Shown piece after piece: positions 8,764-18,874 of a stretch of DNA of 64,000 nt; within the stretch, counting starts at the first letter, position 1; every line of letters starts with the position of its first letter. The notes under the pieces are model-generated. The model worked only from the letters and a program-made list of their open reading frames with translations, searched no databases and was not told the DNA's origin. Origin of the DNA: a phage; sequence record PZ179882.1; one strand, written 5' to 3'. The position numbers and the translations under genes are program-made.

Positions 8764-9027
8764 TCATAGTTCAATCTCAATGATTTCAAGATTATTTTCT
8801 TTAATAGCTTTCTTTAAATCATCGTAAATAAGAACTTCCCAAGAATTGTTTAAATCACCATTCAACAAACGCTCTTGTTGCAATTTATCAGTAAGATATG
8901 GTTGGTCTGATTCATATTTAGACAATCCCAATGAAATAAATGATGTTGCATCGTCAATTTCAGAATATTGTACATGAACAAATTCACCTGTGATTTTATG
9001 TTTAACATAAAAGAATTTAAATTTCAT
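8764..9027 (-). CDS. Hypothetical protein, 87 aa
   Basis: ORF track; ATG 9025-9027 downstream of early promoter 9055-9084. Confidence 0.5.
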   Translation of the reverse strand: MKFKFFYVKHKITGEFVHVQYSEIDDATSFISLGLSKYESDQPYLTDKLQQERLLNGDLNNSWEVLIYDDLKKAIKENNLEIIEIEL

Positions 9028-9054
9028 TTTTGTTCCTCTGTAGTTGATAGTTGT

Positions 9055-9084
9055 ATAGTACCACGGTCCTTGTAGTATGTAAAC
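9055..9084 (-). promoter_or_regulatory. Early promoter
   Basis: GTTTAC 9084-9079, 18-nt spacer, TGgTACTAT 9063-9055. Confidence 0.5.
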
Positions 9085-9100
9085 TAGTTTATGAAATTTT

Positions 9101-9658
9101 TTAGATGGAAAGATACCATCCGTTGTAGTTGCTTTTTCGCACTACCTTACGAAGGTCTTCTCTATCACCAATGAACTTCGGAGTGTACTGGATGACACCT
9201 GGATGAATTTCTTTAGTGTTGAATATAATTATACAGTCCGCGACTTGATGATTCAGAATGGGCCCTAGATTTATTCCAGAACCATATGGATACTCTCCGC
9301 TGCATCCTGTTGTTACCGAAATCCAACGTGAGTCAGTTTGATGGGTTTTGACTTCTACGCGAAGTCCGCAGTATCTTGGGTGCGCCAATACATCCCATGC
9401 ATATGTATACGGGTCATTAACATCCTCTTGGCCTTTGTTAACATACCCGCTCAGCCAATCTGCTACAAAAAACTCTGCATACACAGCGATACGGCATCTT
9501 TCGATGACTTCTGCTTTATCCTGATTAGGATTTTGTTTTAAAGAGTATCTTGCTGTATCAGCAATTTTGACCTTCATTTCACTAGTCAAATCATTGTTCG
9601 ATAGGGTAAATGTCGGAATCTGAAATAGTCTCTGTAAACCTGGATTCGTTTTCTGCAT
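9101..9658 (-). CDS. denB: Endonuclease IV DenB (cytosine-DNA specific)
   Basis: 185 aa, same length and position (adjacent to rIIB) as T4 denB; sequence recognised. Confidence 0.85.
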   Translation of the reverse strand: MQKTNPGLQRLFQIPTFTLSNNDLTSEMKVKIADTARYSLKQNPNQDKAEVIERCRIAVYAEFFVADWLSGYVNKGQEDVNDPYTYAWDVLAHPRYCGLRVEVKTHQTDSRWISVTTGCSGEYPYGSGINLGPILNHQVADCIIIFNTKEIHPGVIQYTPKFIGDREDLRKVVRKSNYNGWYLSI

Positions 9659-9744
9659 TAAACTTTCCTTTTACGTCGGAATCACTGATATTCATATAAT
9701 AAATCATAGTTTCTCTTAAAACAAAAGGGCCGAAGCCCTTTACT

Positions 9745-9939
9745 TTATTTGAATTGTGCAATTCTTTTTTCTAAACAATCTGCATAAGATTTCATTGAGA
9801 TGAACTGTGAAAGCAGTAATTCTTGCTCAACTGCATTAACCGTTGAAAACTTTTCACTTTCTAAAAATTTGCTCAATGCATTAATTTTGAGCATTAATTG
9901 ATCGTATTCTTCTTTTACTCGTGCTTGATAACCTAACAT
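9745..9939 (-). CDS. Hypothetical protein, 64 aa, coiled-coil-like
   Basis: ORF track; between rIIB and denB, flanked by GC hairpins. Confidence 0.5.
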   Translation of the reverse strand: MLGYQARVKEEYDQLMLKINALSKFLESEKFSTVNAVEQELLLSQFISMKSYADCLEKRIAQFK

Positions 9940-9953
9940 AATTTTCCTTAGTT

Positions 9954-9969
9954 AAGGGCCGAAGCCCTT
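9954..9969 (-). other. Intercistronic C(UUCG)G-type hairpin overlapping rIIB stop
   Basis: aagggc-cgaa-gccctt on + strand, i.e. UUCG tetraloop on the mRNA. Confidence 0.5.
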
Positions 9970-10906
9970 ATTTGAATTGTTCAGTAACGTCTTCAACTAC
10001 TTCGTATTGACAGGTACGCATTTTAGCATCGTTGTAATCAATCGGAATTGATACTACATCGCGAGGATGAACTTTAACTTTTACAACTCGGCTGGTTGAA
10101 CTGCCAAAGTGACGAATATAAGATTTAGAACACACATGCAGACCACGAGAACAAGTTTGTGTATCATCGTCATTCACACGAGTGCGTGGCATTTTAACTA
10201 CTTTACCAGGACTGTTATCAAAAGTATTTGAATGACAGTCAAAGTAATTACTGCGAACTACTTTCCAAGCATAGAAGTAACCATCTTCTGTAATTTCAAT
10301 ATCGTTTGCTACCAAGAAATCAAAGAGTCGAGATACCGCTTTTTGGCTCGGGTTTTCCAACAGATTTTCCAAGAACGGAAAATAAAATTCAAAGTTTTCG
10401 CCTTTTTCCATCGAATCGAGAATACGATCAACTAAACCAGACCGCAATTCAATGTTTTGATAGAACAAGCTTCCACCTTCAATTCGAACATCACCCGAAA
10501 TATATTTTTCAACAGCGCGACGAACGTTAATTTTTTGTGCCGCTTCTTCCAATTTATCTGCAACAAGCAGGTTAAGAATTTCCTGGAAGTTTGAATGAGT
10601 ATTAGGAGTTGCGTTATAAGTTACGCCGTCAACAGTAATTGAAATGAATTTTTTAGATGCATTCCAAATAATGTCAGATTTAGCAACTGGAGCAATAACT
10701 ACATCGCTATTAACTTTAACTGTAATATCACCGCTAATAGTAACTTTAGAGCGTTTAGCTTCTTCAGCATTTTTCAAAACACGACGGATTGTGTCAACCG
10801 ATACACCTTGCCAATCAGCCAATTCCTGTTGGGTGTAATTACCACTTGAATACAGCTTAACAATTTCAGCTTGTTCGTTTTTGGTCAGGCATTTAATATT
10901 GTACAT
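9968..10906 (-). CDS. rIIB: rIIB protein
   Basis: 312 aa; MYNIKCLTKNEQAEIVKLYSSGNYTQQELADWQGVS matches remembered T4 rIIB; ATG verified 10904-10906. Confidence 0.92.
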   Translation of the reverse strand: MYNIKCLTKNEQAEIVKLYSSGNYTQQELADWQGVSVDTIRRVLKNAEEAKRSKVTISGDITVKVNSDVVIAPVAKSDIIWNASKKFISITVDGVTYNATPNTHSNFQEILNLLVADKLEEAAQKINVRRAVEKYISGDVRIEGGSLFYQNIELRSGLVDRILDSMEKGENFEFYFPFLENLLENPSQKAVSRLFDFLVANDIEITEDGYFYAWKVVRSNYFDCHSNTFDNSPGKVVKMPRTRVNDDDTQTCSRGLHVCSKSYIRHFGSSTSRVVKVKVHPRDVVSIPIDYNDAKMRTCQYEVVEDVTEQFK

Positions 10907-10917
10907 AATTTTCCTTA

Positions 10918-13095
10918 TTAGGCCGCAAGGGCCTTCATAGTTTTAGCGATTTGAGAAACTTCATCATCACTTAAAGAGTTGCGATAACCGATGAAGTCGG
11001 AAACAATACGGAATTTCTTGGTAAACTCAGCAACCATTTTATCACTGTTTTTTGAAGCATTATTTGATAATACATCAAAAAGATTAGTTACTGTCCAGAT
11101 GTCATGACCGATGGTATCTTTTCCACCATTAAAATATACACCGCGCAATGAACTAACTATATTAGCGAGTCGTGTATATTCTTCAGAAACTTCATCTGTA
11201 CTGAAGTACTTCATCATAAAATCTAGTTCAGGATACTTGATAATTTTATCAATATATCGTTGAGCTGAACTTGAATAACCTACGTACTTATCATAATCTA
11301 CATCATCAAAAGCATCTACATATAAATCACGCAGAGTTTCAAAAATACATTGGCACTGACCGAGTTCTTTTACCTTTTTCTGCAAAAGCGGACGAATAAC
11401 ATAAAATTCATTAATGCCAATAATATTAGCCATACGAGTCAAAATATTCGTAGATGGATGACAAAGCGATGTAGTACCATCCATAGAGAAAATATCAGAA
11501 CGATGCATGTATGCTACATAACCAGTAATTTCATCTGCTTCTGACGTAAGTGTAAACAGTTCCTCTTTTTCCCAACGCCCGTCTTTAATTTCAAACTTAA
11601 ATGCAGTAGCAGTTTTAGGACGAGGAGCTGTACTTTTTACTGCCTTTGGAATATAACTTTTAACTAAAGCTTCAATTTCTGACAAATAATGAATGTTAAC
11701 TTCATCACTTTCAAACATTGCCATAATATCAGGGAGTAAATCAATTTGTGATTCTACTTCCGGATTAATAAACAGAAGGCGTTCGTTGTGATGAATATTC
11801 AAAGTGTTATTAAATTCATTATCATCTAACGCACGTGCTAATCCACGGACAATATTAACACGATTTTTAATATTATCAATAACGATATTAATTTTTGTTG
11901 TATTAATACCAAACAGACGATAACTTGATGCAACGGCTGAAGTTTCATGGCTTTGCTTAATGCGCTTCAGTCGAGGGTCAAGATTTACTTCATACACAAC
12001 TCCTGCATTGCATAACTTACTATCAGGTTCAAACATACTCTGCATCTTCTTATATGACAGATTTTTAGTCGTGAATTTGACTGAATTGCTAATCATATAA
12101 TCTCGAGCAGAATATCCCATCTTCATCAATTCACGGTATGTATGACGAGGAGATGTAGATTCTTTAAATCGTTTTACATCTTCATTAAATGCCTTCTCAC
12201 TGAGCTCTTTAACACGCTCAATAATATTTTTACGAGTACGATCATCTAGTGAAAGAGCCTCGCGAGATGGAGCAATATCAAGTGAACCCATTGGAAACTT
12301 AATGTAATTCACTTCATTGCGAATGCTTAGCCAGTTACGGTCTCTAATAACACCATCGATAGGATAAACAATACCGCCATAGATAGCATATAATCCACCA
12401 CGATCAGGCCAGTATCTTTCTGGATTTACACCGTAATAGTCATCAAAATCCGGAAAATAATCAATTTCGCGGTCAAGACCATTAACGATAGCCAAATCTT
12501 TGAATGGTCGCATGATATAAGAAACTTCATAAGCAAAGTTTCTAAAATCTTTTTCTTCAACTGGAACTACGATTTCAATGCCAGTTTTATCGTCTGGACC
12601 CATTTCTTTTACGAATGTAGGTTTAATCTGTGGACCATCACCATCCATGTAAGCTACATAACCACGAATTTCACCTTTATGATATGAAGTAATACTAAAT
12701 GTATCAGTATAACTAAACGGAGATTTAGAACCTAAACCAAATCCGCCAATGAAATCGTTGGATTCAGCCTTAGATGAACTGAAGTATGAATTATACAACC
12801 CAGGAGAATTATCATCACCCTGAATATCAAAATCACTCATACCTGGACCAAAATCTCGGCAAACAAATCGCGGATCTAAACGCCCAGGAACTTGTATGAT
12901 AAATTTTTCAGGATTTCCATTAAGAGCATGGGCATCAATCATGTTGGTAATCAATTCACGAACCACTGCGCGAATCTTGTTTGTATACAAATCAGATGAC
13001 AGAATTTTAAATACTTTAGGAGACGCTGTGATGCTAAATGCTTTTGATTTAGAACCATTGCCAAGAATTGTTTCTTTTTCAGTGGTGATAATCAT
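10918..13095 (-). CDS. rIIA: rIIA protein
   Basis: 725 aa, identical length to T4 rIIA, ATPase-like N-terminal region; ATG verified 13093-13095. Confidence 0.92.
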   Translation of the reverse strand: MIITTEKETILGNGSKSKAFSITASPKVFKILSSDLYTNKIRAVVRELITNMIDAHALNGNPEKFIIQVPGRLDPRFVCRDFGPGMSDFDIQGDDNSPGLYNSYFSSSKAESNDFIGGFGLGSKSPFSYTDTFSITSYHKGEIRGYVAYMDGDGPQIKPTFVKEMGPDDKTGIEIVVPVEEKDFRNFAYEVSYIMRPFKDLAIVNGLDREIDYFPDFDDYYGVNPERYWPDRGGLYAIYGGIVYPIDGVIRDRNWLSIRNEVNYIKFPMGSLDIAPSREALSLDDRTRKNIIERVKELSEKAFNEDVKRFKESTSPRHTYRELMKMGYSARDYMISNSVKFTTKNLSYKKMQSMFEPDSKLCNAGVVYEVNLDPRLKRIKQSHETSAVASSYRLFGINTTKINIVIDNIKNRVNIVRGLARALDDNEFNNTLNIHHNERLLFINPEVESQIDLLPDIMAMFESDEVNIHYLSEIEALVKSYIPKAVKSTAPRPKTATAFKFEIKDGRWEKEELFTLTSEADEITGYVAYMHRSDIFSMDGTTSLCHPSTNILTRMANIIGINEFYVIRPLLQKKVKELGQCQCIFETLRDLYVDAFDDVDYDKYVGYSSSAQRYIDKIIKYPELDFMMKYFSTDEVSEEYTRLANIVSSLRGVYFNGGKDTIGHDIWTVTNLFDVLSNNASKNSDKMVAEFTKKFRIVSDFIGYRNSLSDDEVSQIAKTMKALAA

Positions 13096-13105
13096 AATTT
13101 CCTCA

Positions 13106-13309
13106 TTAATTCATATTACGCTTAATAACTTCAGCAACTTCTAGTAATTCATCTTTAGTTGCAGTGTCGGATTGAATTTTATCTCTAATATCTTTAAAGC
13201 GGTTTTTAAATTCTTCGGCTTCTCCCATATCGAAAAAGCGTTGAATGATTCTATATTCTCGATGAACTGCTTTATCAAAAAGTTCTAAATTTACTTTATA
13301 TGATTTCAT
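13106..13309 (-). CDS. Hypothetical protein (rIIA.1-like), 67 aa
   Basis: ORF track; ATG verified 13307-13309; downstream of promoter cassette 13335-13364. Confidence 0.5.
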   Translation of the reverse strand: MKSYKVNLELFDKAVHREYRIIQRFFDMGEAEEFKNRFKDIRDKIQSDTATKDELLEVAEVIKRNMN

Positions 13310-13334
13310 TTCAATATCCTCATTTGCCCAATTA

Positions 13335-13364
13335 ATTATACCACATCCTTGTGGTAAAGTAAAC
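13335..13364 (-). promoter_or_regulatory. Early promoter cassette with spacer hairpin, fused to gene 39 stop codon
   Basis: 30-mer attataccacatccttgtggtaaagtaaac: minus strand TAG-overlapping GTTTAC, hairpin ccacaAGGAtgtgg in spacer, TGgTATAAT. Identical copy at 56871-56900. Confidence 0.6.
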
Positions 13365-15181
13365 TACTGGCTCATCCATTCTTTACGAAGGTCAGCATTA
13401 TCTCCCATGAGCATTTCAAAAAGCTCTTTCCAGTTCTCAGGAAGTTTAACAACATCATATACTGGATTTTGAATCATCTCACGATATTCAGATTTTTCCA
13501 AAGAGCCAAGTCCTTTAATATAACGGATGCTATGTTTAGGTAGAGCATCTTTAGCACTCTCATATTCAGCGACTGTATAAAACCATTCTTGTTTTTTACC
13601 AATCTGTGCGATGATTACAGGAGTTTTGACAAAGCGAATTCGTCCTTGCTCAAACAGTTCTGGCCAATTACTAAAAAATCCAAGCAGAGAAGGATAAATG
13701 CTTCCTAGACCATCATGGTCAGCATCAGTCATAATAGCAATATTATGATAATTCAAGTTTTCAGCTTTTTCACCGAGAACTAATCCAGTGATTGCGCAAA
13801 TATCAAACAGTTCTTTGTTTTTAAGCATGTCAGCATATGACATACCCCAACTGTTGAGAACTTTACCACGTAATGGATAACCACCGTGAAGTTCTTTATC
13901 ACGAACATCAATAAGATATCCGATAGCCGAATCACCCTCAGTCAAGAAAAGAGTAGTATCAGCATCTTTACCACAAAGATTCGCTTTAATATGTTTATGA
14001 ACCTTAGCTTTAGAAGCCTTTTTAGCTGCTTTAGTTTCTGCTGCTTTTTCTGCCGCTAATTTACGAGCCAAAGCAGCTTCAATAATCGGCATTAGAATTG
14101 CTTCATTATTTAGAATAGCACGTGAAATCTTTTTAGCATCAAGTTGAATATGACTACGGATTTCACCAAATGGAGAAGTCAAACGCTCTTTAGTTTGAGA
14201 ATCAAATCGCATGTTTTTCATATCACGGACAAACATAACGATAGTCAAACATTCTTTAACGCGTGCTTTAGTCACATCAATTTTGAACTTACGTTTGATT
14301 TGTGGAATAAGGTCTTCACAAATATCATCCATAACACAGTCAATGTGATGGCCACCATTCTTAGTGTGAATGTTATTCACATAAGTTAATTGACGAAAAC
14401 CATCCGGTGAACGACCAACCGCAATAGAGCAATTTTCTTGTTCTTGAACGATAGCATGCTCATCATATTGGCGTGCATATTTCTTAAAATTGCCCTGAAC
14501 CTTTTTACCATTAAAGGTAAATTGAATATCAGGATAAACTACTGCAAGTGTCTGGAGACGATCTAGTGTAATGTCAAGATAAACTTGGGACAGCTCATTA
14601 GTTTCAAATGACATAAAATCAGGAATGAAAGTAACACGAGTTCCTTTCCATTTTCCTGGAATAGTTTCCCATGATTTATTTTCCATGCCATTTGAACAAC
14701 GAACTACAATATTATTTTGACCATCACCAGTTTCACCGACAAACATCACAGAAAAAATGTTTGTCAAACTAGAACCAACACCATTCATACCGCCAGTGAC
14801 GCGTTCTTTATCATCACCAAAGTTACCACCTGCTTTTGGAATAGTCCATGCAGCAACAGGACCAGGAATTTCTTCACCAGTAGGTGTTTTAACCATCGCC
14901 TGTGGAATACCGCGACCGTTATCTTCAACTGTTACTTGATTGTTTTTAATAGTAACATTAATTTTATTTGCGAATTTAAACTTAGTACGAATACCTTCAT
15001 CTACTGAGTTATCGATAATTTCATCAATAAGCTTAACAAGACCAGGTACATACTGAACACTTTCCCATTTACCAAACAGAAAGCGCTCATGCATTTCATT
15101 AGCGGAAGAGCCAATGTACATGCCGCTACGCTTTTTGATATGTTCAATATCGCTCAGAATTTTAATTTCATTCTTAATCAT
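13364..15181 (-). CDS. 39: DNA topoisomerase II large subunit gp39 (GyrB-like, ATPase plus TOPRIM in one ORF)
   Basis: Track ORF starts at GTG 15182-15184; ATG at 15179-15181 gives MIKNEIKILSDIEHIKKRSGMYIGSS as in T4 gp39. One continuous 605-codon frame including the TOPRIM motif IMTDADHDG that T4 encodes in separate gene 60. Confidence 0.92.
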   Translation of the reverse strand: MIKNEIKILSDIEHIKKRSGMYIGSSANEMHERFLFGKWESVQYVPGLVKLIDEIIDNSVDEGIRTKFKFANKINVTIKNNQVTVEDNGRGIPQAMVKTPTGEEIPGPVAAWTIPKAGGNFGDDKERVTGGMNGVGSSLTNIFSVMFVGETGDGQNNIVVRCSNGMENKSWETIPGKWKGTRVTFIPDFMSFETNELSQVYLDITLDRLQTLAVVYPDIQFTFNGKKVQGNFKKYARQYDEHAIVQEQENCSIAVGRSPDGFRQLTYVNNIHTKNGGHHIDCVMDDICEDLIPQIKRKFKIDVTKARVKECLTIVMFVRDMKNMRFDSQTKERLTSPFGEIRSHIQLDAKKISRAILNNEAILMPIIEAALARKLAAEKAAETKAAKKASKAKVHKHIKANLCGKDADTTLFLTEGDSAIGYLIDVRDKELHGGYPLRGKVLNSWGMSYADMLKNKELFDICAITGLVLGEKAENLNYHNIAIMTDADHDGLGSIYPSLLGFFSNWPELFEQGRIRFVKTPVIIAQIGKKQEWFYTVAEYESAKDALPKHSIRYIKGLGSLEKSEYREMIQNPVYDVVKLPENWKELFEMLMGDNADLRKEWMSQ

Positions 15182-15208
15182 CACTTATCCTCGTTTGGTT
15201 TCGGGAAT

Positions 15209-15233
15209 ATTATACTCCGGTAATCATAAAGCT
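15209..15233 (-). promoter_or_regulatory. Putative MotA-dependent middle promoter upstream of gene 39
   Basis: Minus strand aGCTTTA (MotA-box-like) 12 nt upstream of TATAAT (15214-15209). Confidence 0.35.
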
Positions 15234-15250
15234 AAAGGCCCGAAGGCCTT

Positions 15251-15511
15251 TTATTTAAAACGAATAGTTGAATCCTTAAAGAACAGCCCAGAACATACTG
15301 TTCCTTCTACTTTCTGCCCAGTAGGTCCAATAGCACGAAATCCAGTATGTTGGAAATCATTTTCAGAACAACCGAACCAATTATATCCAGTGATTTCAAT
15401 ATTAGTAAAACCACTTGAAGACAAAACTTTGGTTGCATTATCAGCATCAGTACATCCTACTAAAGACACTGCTAATACTAATGCTGCAATAGAACGATTA
15501 ATATATTTCAT
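15251..15511 (-). CDS. Putative lipoprotein, 86 aa
   Basis: Signal peptide with lipobox LVGC (MKYINRSIAALVLAVSLVGCTD); ATG verified 15509-15511. Confidence 0.5.
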   Translation of the reverse strand: MKYINRSIAALVLAVSLVGCTDADNATKVLSSSGFTNIEITGYNWFGCSENDFQHTGFRAIGPTGQKVEGTVCSGLFFKDSTIRFK

Positions 15512-15513
15512 AA

Positions 15514-15690
15514 TTACCCTTTAAGCAAGTCGTAAAATCCACCATTCACATGCTTAGGGGCAGAGACTAACCGAATAGCAATCCGATGACAATCAGGACA
15601 TACATCAGTATCTCTTTCAGAAATTTTCTTGATTTTTTCGTATTCTTTTGCGCAGTCTTTGGATTGACATTTATAATCATAAAGCGGCAT
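15514..15690 (-). CDS. Zinc-ribbon protein (FmdB-like CxxC...CxxC), 58 aa, not in ORF track
   Basis: Hand translation MPLYDYKCQSKDCAKEYEKIKKISERDTDVCPDCHRIAIRLVSAPKHVNGGFYDLLKG; ATG 15688-15690. Confidence 0.45.
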   Translation of the reverse strand: MPLYDYKCQSKDCAKEYEKIKKISERDTDVCPDCHRIAIRLVSAPKHVNGGFYDLLKG

Positions 15691-15692
15691 AA

Positions 15693-16118
15693 TTATTCCT
15701 TAAAGTGAGCTTTCAACATCTGATACAAGGACCATGCTTGTTCATTATTTTCAATAGTAACTTTCATTACCGGGAATTCTGTGAAATCTTCTATTTGTTC
15801 TTGCTCTTTCTCTTCCTGCTCTTGCTCTTCAGCTGCCTGGTATGGATTTTCAACTTCATCAAAGAATTCAGCTTCGCTAGTAGAAAGCCAAATAAAATCT
15901 TCATCCAAAATATCTTTACCGGAGGATAATGCCAATCTTCCAGTAGATGTCACAATTTTAGTAGGACGACCAAGATAGTCAATATCTATAACTTTAAAAG
16001 GTTCCATACCTAAACGTCGTGCATAAATTCCGTTTTCAGTATGATATTTAATAAATTTTTCTTGAGCTTGTTTATTTTTAAATTGATACCATTTATTAAC
16101 TTCAAATTTAATAGCCAT
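15693..16118 (-). CDS. goF: goF-like protein (141 aa, acidic Glu/Gln-rich segment)
   Basis: Same size and position (downstream of 39) as T4 goF; assignment by synteny only. Confidence 0.45.
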   Translation of the reverse strand: MAIKFEVNKWYQFKNKQAQEKFIKYHTENGIYARRLGMEPFKVIDIDYLGRPTKIVTSTGRLALSSGKDILDEDFIWLSTSEAEFFDEVENPYQAAEEQEQEEKEQEQIEDFTEFPVMKVTIENNEQAWSLYQMLKAHFKE

Positions 16119-16333
16119 TAATAAATTTCCTTCCAGTAAGTTGTGCCGTCTTCAGTAATTTCACGAAATACACCGTAAATTGGCTGTTTATCACCGACTT
16201 TCTCATACACATAAACAGAAGTCAAGTGAGTAAACTTGCTAGTATGTTCCTTTTGAACTACTACCAAATTTGGATCAAATAATACATCTTCAAATTCATC
16301 ATTAGTGCAATTCTGAACAATTTTACGTTTCAT
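16118..16333 (-). CDS. cef: cef-like small protein, 71 aa
   Basis: Position and size as T4 cef; synteny-only assignment. Confidence 0.4.
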   Translation of the reverse strand: MKRKIVQNCTNDEFEDVLFDPNLVVVQKEHTSKFTHLTSVYVYEKVGDKQPIYGVFREITEDGTTYWKEIY

Positions 16334-16432
16334 TACAATTTCCTCATTAATTGAACATTGGAGCGATGCGTTTCAGAAGAGTATCAGCACCTTTAACGAA
16401 TTATCCATTTTATTCTCCAAGTTGTTTTCTGT

Positions 16433-16475
16433 ATCAGTAGTTGATATTGATATAGTACCATAATCAACTACTGAT
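16433..16475 (-). promoter_or_regulatory. Extended -10 promoter-like element inside a 13-bp perfect inverted repeat
   Basis: TGgTACTAT (16460-16452); IR arms atcagtagttgat (16433-16445) / atcaactactgat (16463-16475); no canonical -35. Confidence 0.4.
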
Positions 16476-16504
16476 GTATATAGTTTTATGAAAAATTTTA
16501 AACT

Positions 16505-17002
16505 TTATGCACAGCGAGCTTTGCTATAGTGTTTAATCCAACTTTCAGGAATGACTTTGTATGTTCCTAAAAATACCGCGTTGTACAACTTAACGCCATC
16601 TTCTACCCACTGATCGGTAATGTATGCGCACATAGCACGAGTACGGTGTTTTTGAACAACCCCTTCCTCATCTTCAGTAAATTCGAATTCATAAGGAGCA
16701 ATGAACTTAATAGCTTGACCGAGTTTCCACTTAAAGTCTACACCTACATGCGAAGTATCAATCGTTTCAATTCCTTTAGCAGGAACAGCTTTCAAAAACG
16801 CAGGCTCAAGAAATTTCCATCGAACATAACCAAACTGAGGTTTAGACTTTCCATCTTTAGGAATGATACGCACTTTTACTTCAGAATCTTCATCTTTAAC
16901 GCCGTGTTTAAGCTGAATGCTTACAATTTCGACCAATTTTCCTGCTGCTTTAGAACGGGATTTATCAGATACACGAGCAATTTCACCAATATTAATAATC
17001 AT
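16505..17002 (-). CDS. motB: motB-like protein, 165 aa
   Basis: Position and size similar to T4 motB; shares C-terminal motif TDQW(V/I)EDGV with the next ORF (paralog). Confidence 0.45.
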   Translation of the reverse strand: MIINIGEIARVSDKSRSKAAGKLVEIVSIQLKHGVKDEDSEVKVRIIPKDGKSKPQFGYVRWKFLEPAFLKAVPAKGIETIDTSHVGVDFKWKLGQAIKFIAPYEFEFTEDEEGVVQKHRTRAMCAYITDQWVEDGVKLYNAVFLGTYKVIPESWIKHYSKARCA

Positions 17003-17046
17003 AGTTATCTCTCACTTGTTAAAAAGATTTTATACTCCACGGAACC

Positions 17047-17076
17047 ATTATACTCTGGTCCCAAGAGTTTGTAAAC
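17047..17076 (-). promoter_or_regulatory. Early promoter between motB paralogs
   Basis: GTTTAC 17076-17071, 18-nt spacer, TATAAT 17052-17047. Confidence 0.5.
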
Positions 17077-17078
17077 TA

Positions 17079-17624
17079 TTAATTTAAAATAGCTACCACC
17101 GCACTACGAGGTACTACACTAAAATCTCCTGCATGGACAACGTTCAGAAGCTCAACACCATCTTCAATCCACTGGTCTGTTACCCAACCACAGATAGGAT
17201 TATCAAAAGGACGACGGATAGACACAGCAGCACACAACAGGTCTGTAGGGTCTTGTTCTTCAACTTCTTGGAACAGGATGAACTCATCTTCATAAACCAG
17301 GTTTTTCTTTATTTTGTTATTATCTAACCGGCGACCGTGGATGACGTAAGATTTGTCAAACCACTCACTTTTGGCAAATTCTTCAACAATAAATTCGCCT
17401 TCGCCAAAAACATCAGTCAGAGTTTTATGACCAGAAATCAAGGCATTAGTTTTAATTTTAGGTTCAACCAGTTTGTAGGTTTTGCCGATTTCAATAGCGG
17501 TAGTCATAGTAGGTTCCTTAATTTCCAGTGGTTTAACAGGGCATACATAAGTGCTTACAACATCAAAATCAATCAGTTTAGCTACCGGATTTGGTGTGTA
17601 TTCAGGATTATAATTAAATTTCAT
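17079..17624 (-). CDS. motB paralog, 181 aa
   Basis: C-terminal CGWVTDQWIEDGVELLNVV aligns with CAYITDQWVEDGVKLYNAV of the 165-aa neighbour. Confidence 0.5.
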   Translation of the reverse strand: MKFNYNPEYTPNPVAKLIDFDVVSTYVCPVKPLEIKEPTMTTAIEIGKTYKLVEPKIKTNALISGHKTLTDVFGEGEFIVEEFAKSEWFDKSYVIHGRRLDNNKIKKNLVYEDEFILFQEVEEQDPTDLLCAAVSIRRPFDNPICGWVTDQWIEDGVELLNVVHAGDFSVVPRSAVVAILN

Positions 17625-17626
17625 AA

Positions 17627-18127
17627 TTATCTCATTTCAATAAAATCTACGAGTTCAGCATGCGATTTGCGGAACATTACTTGGTGCCTGCCAATGATAA
17701 CTTGATCATCTGGAACTTCGTATACAGCGAGATAAAATCCTTTAGAAGATAATTCTTCCCGCTCTTCTCGTGTGAACCATCTCATCATATCATATTCACT
17801 AGCGAAAGCAAAATGATAAAGAGCTATAAACCATCCTGGAATATGATATTCTACTCCAACATAATCTTTCTTGAACTTAGTATTAATTACTATATTAGCG
17901 TTTTTAACTAATAGTTTATCTTCGTGTGGTAAAGGAATTCTTTTATTATTATCGCTATGATGCATAAAATTAGGTCTGTCATAACCTACGTGTAATAGCC
18001 ACTCTTCGCTCCATGAATCTATTATACTCCTGTACGGCGTTATTTGAACACAAAGATTTCGACGTATTGTTATAGCATCTTCACAATCAAGAATACTAAA
18101 CGATGATTCAACACGATAAATTTTCAT
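17627..18127 (-). CDS. Hypothetical protein, 166 aa
   Basis: Track ORF 17627..18166 begins at TTG; ATG 18125-18127 with GAGGA SD is downstream of promoter 18155-18184. Confidence 0.5.
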   Translation of the reverse strand: MKIYRVESSFSILDCEDAITIRRNLCVQITPYRSIIDSWSEEWLLHVGYDRPNFMHHSDNNKRIPLPHEDKLLVKNANIVINTKFKKDYVGVEYHIPGWFIALYHFAFASEYDMMRWFTREEREELSSKGFYLAVYEVPDDQVIIGRHQVMFRKSHAELVDFIEMR

Positions 18128-18154
18128 TTTATTATCCTCAGTAGCTATGGTGTT

Positions 18155-18184
18155 ATAATACCACAACTAACCGAGGAAGTAAAT
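18155..18184 (-). promoter_or_regulatory. Early promoter downstream of dexA
   Basis: ATTTAC 18184-18179, 18-nt spacer, TGgTATTAT 18163-18155. Confidence 0.45.
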
Positions 18185-18190
18185 AACTTT

Positions 18191-18874
18191 TTATCGTTTT
18201 GTTGGAAGAGATAGAGGATCGCACTCTTCCTCTGACGGAGCGTCTTCAAGACCCATAGCATATCGCAAAGCATACTTCATCATCAGGATGTCTTTCGCAC
18301 AGTCATGAATAGAATCATGTGCAACGAATCCATCTAAAGTTCCCTTTGGAAGAGGACACGTGGTCATATCACGAACAAGAAGAAGTGCTTCAATTCTGGT
18401 ACGAATATCACGCTGATTCCAGAATTTACATGGTTCTAACTTAAATGTGTCAAGCTCATTCTCAGAAACACCATTAAGACGTTGAATATCGCGAATGAGA
18501 TCGACTAAAATGGGAAAATCAAACGACATTCCACGGCACCAGCCTTGAGATTTCCAAGGATCGATATTATGTGCATTGATGTAATCATTAAATTTTGCAA
18601 TACCATCGATGGTGCTTACATCTTCATCTGATGGTGCAATATTTTTTCGAGCTTCAGGAGACTGATTTTTCCACCATTCGATAGTGCTTTTAGTAAAAAG
18701 ACGATGTCCTTTTTGACTTTTTAAATCAAATTTGATTTTAATGCCGCGTGAAACTAATTCATCAAATGATTCAACTACTTCTGGGTTAGGGTCAAAAGCA
18801 ATTACAGCTAAATCAATAACAGCTGCTTTTTCACCACTTCCCATTGTTTCAAAATCTATAATAAAATCAAACAT
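18191..18874 (-). CDS. dexA: Exonuclease A DexA (DnaQ-like 3'-5' exonuclease)
   Basis: 227 aa; MFDFIIDFETMGSGEKAAVIDLAV exonuclease Exo I motif; matches remembered T4 DexA; ATG verified. Confidence 0.85.
   Translation of the reverse strand: MFDFIIDFETMGSGEKAAVIDLAVIAFDPNPEVVESFDELVSRGIKIKFDLKSQKGHRLFTKSTIEWWKNQSPEARKNIAPSDEDVSTIDGIAKFNDYINAHNIDPWKSQGWCRGMSFDFPILVDLIRDIQRLNGVSENELDTFKLEPCKFWNQRDIRTRIEALLLVRDMTTCPLPKGTLDGFVAHDSIHDCAKDILMMKYALRYAMGLEDAPSEEECDPLSLPTKR

Noticed and set aside
13364-15181. Looked for gene 60 and the 50-nt translational bypass element
   Set aside because: Gene 39 is one uninterrupted frame through the TOPRIM region; no split or hop sequence.
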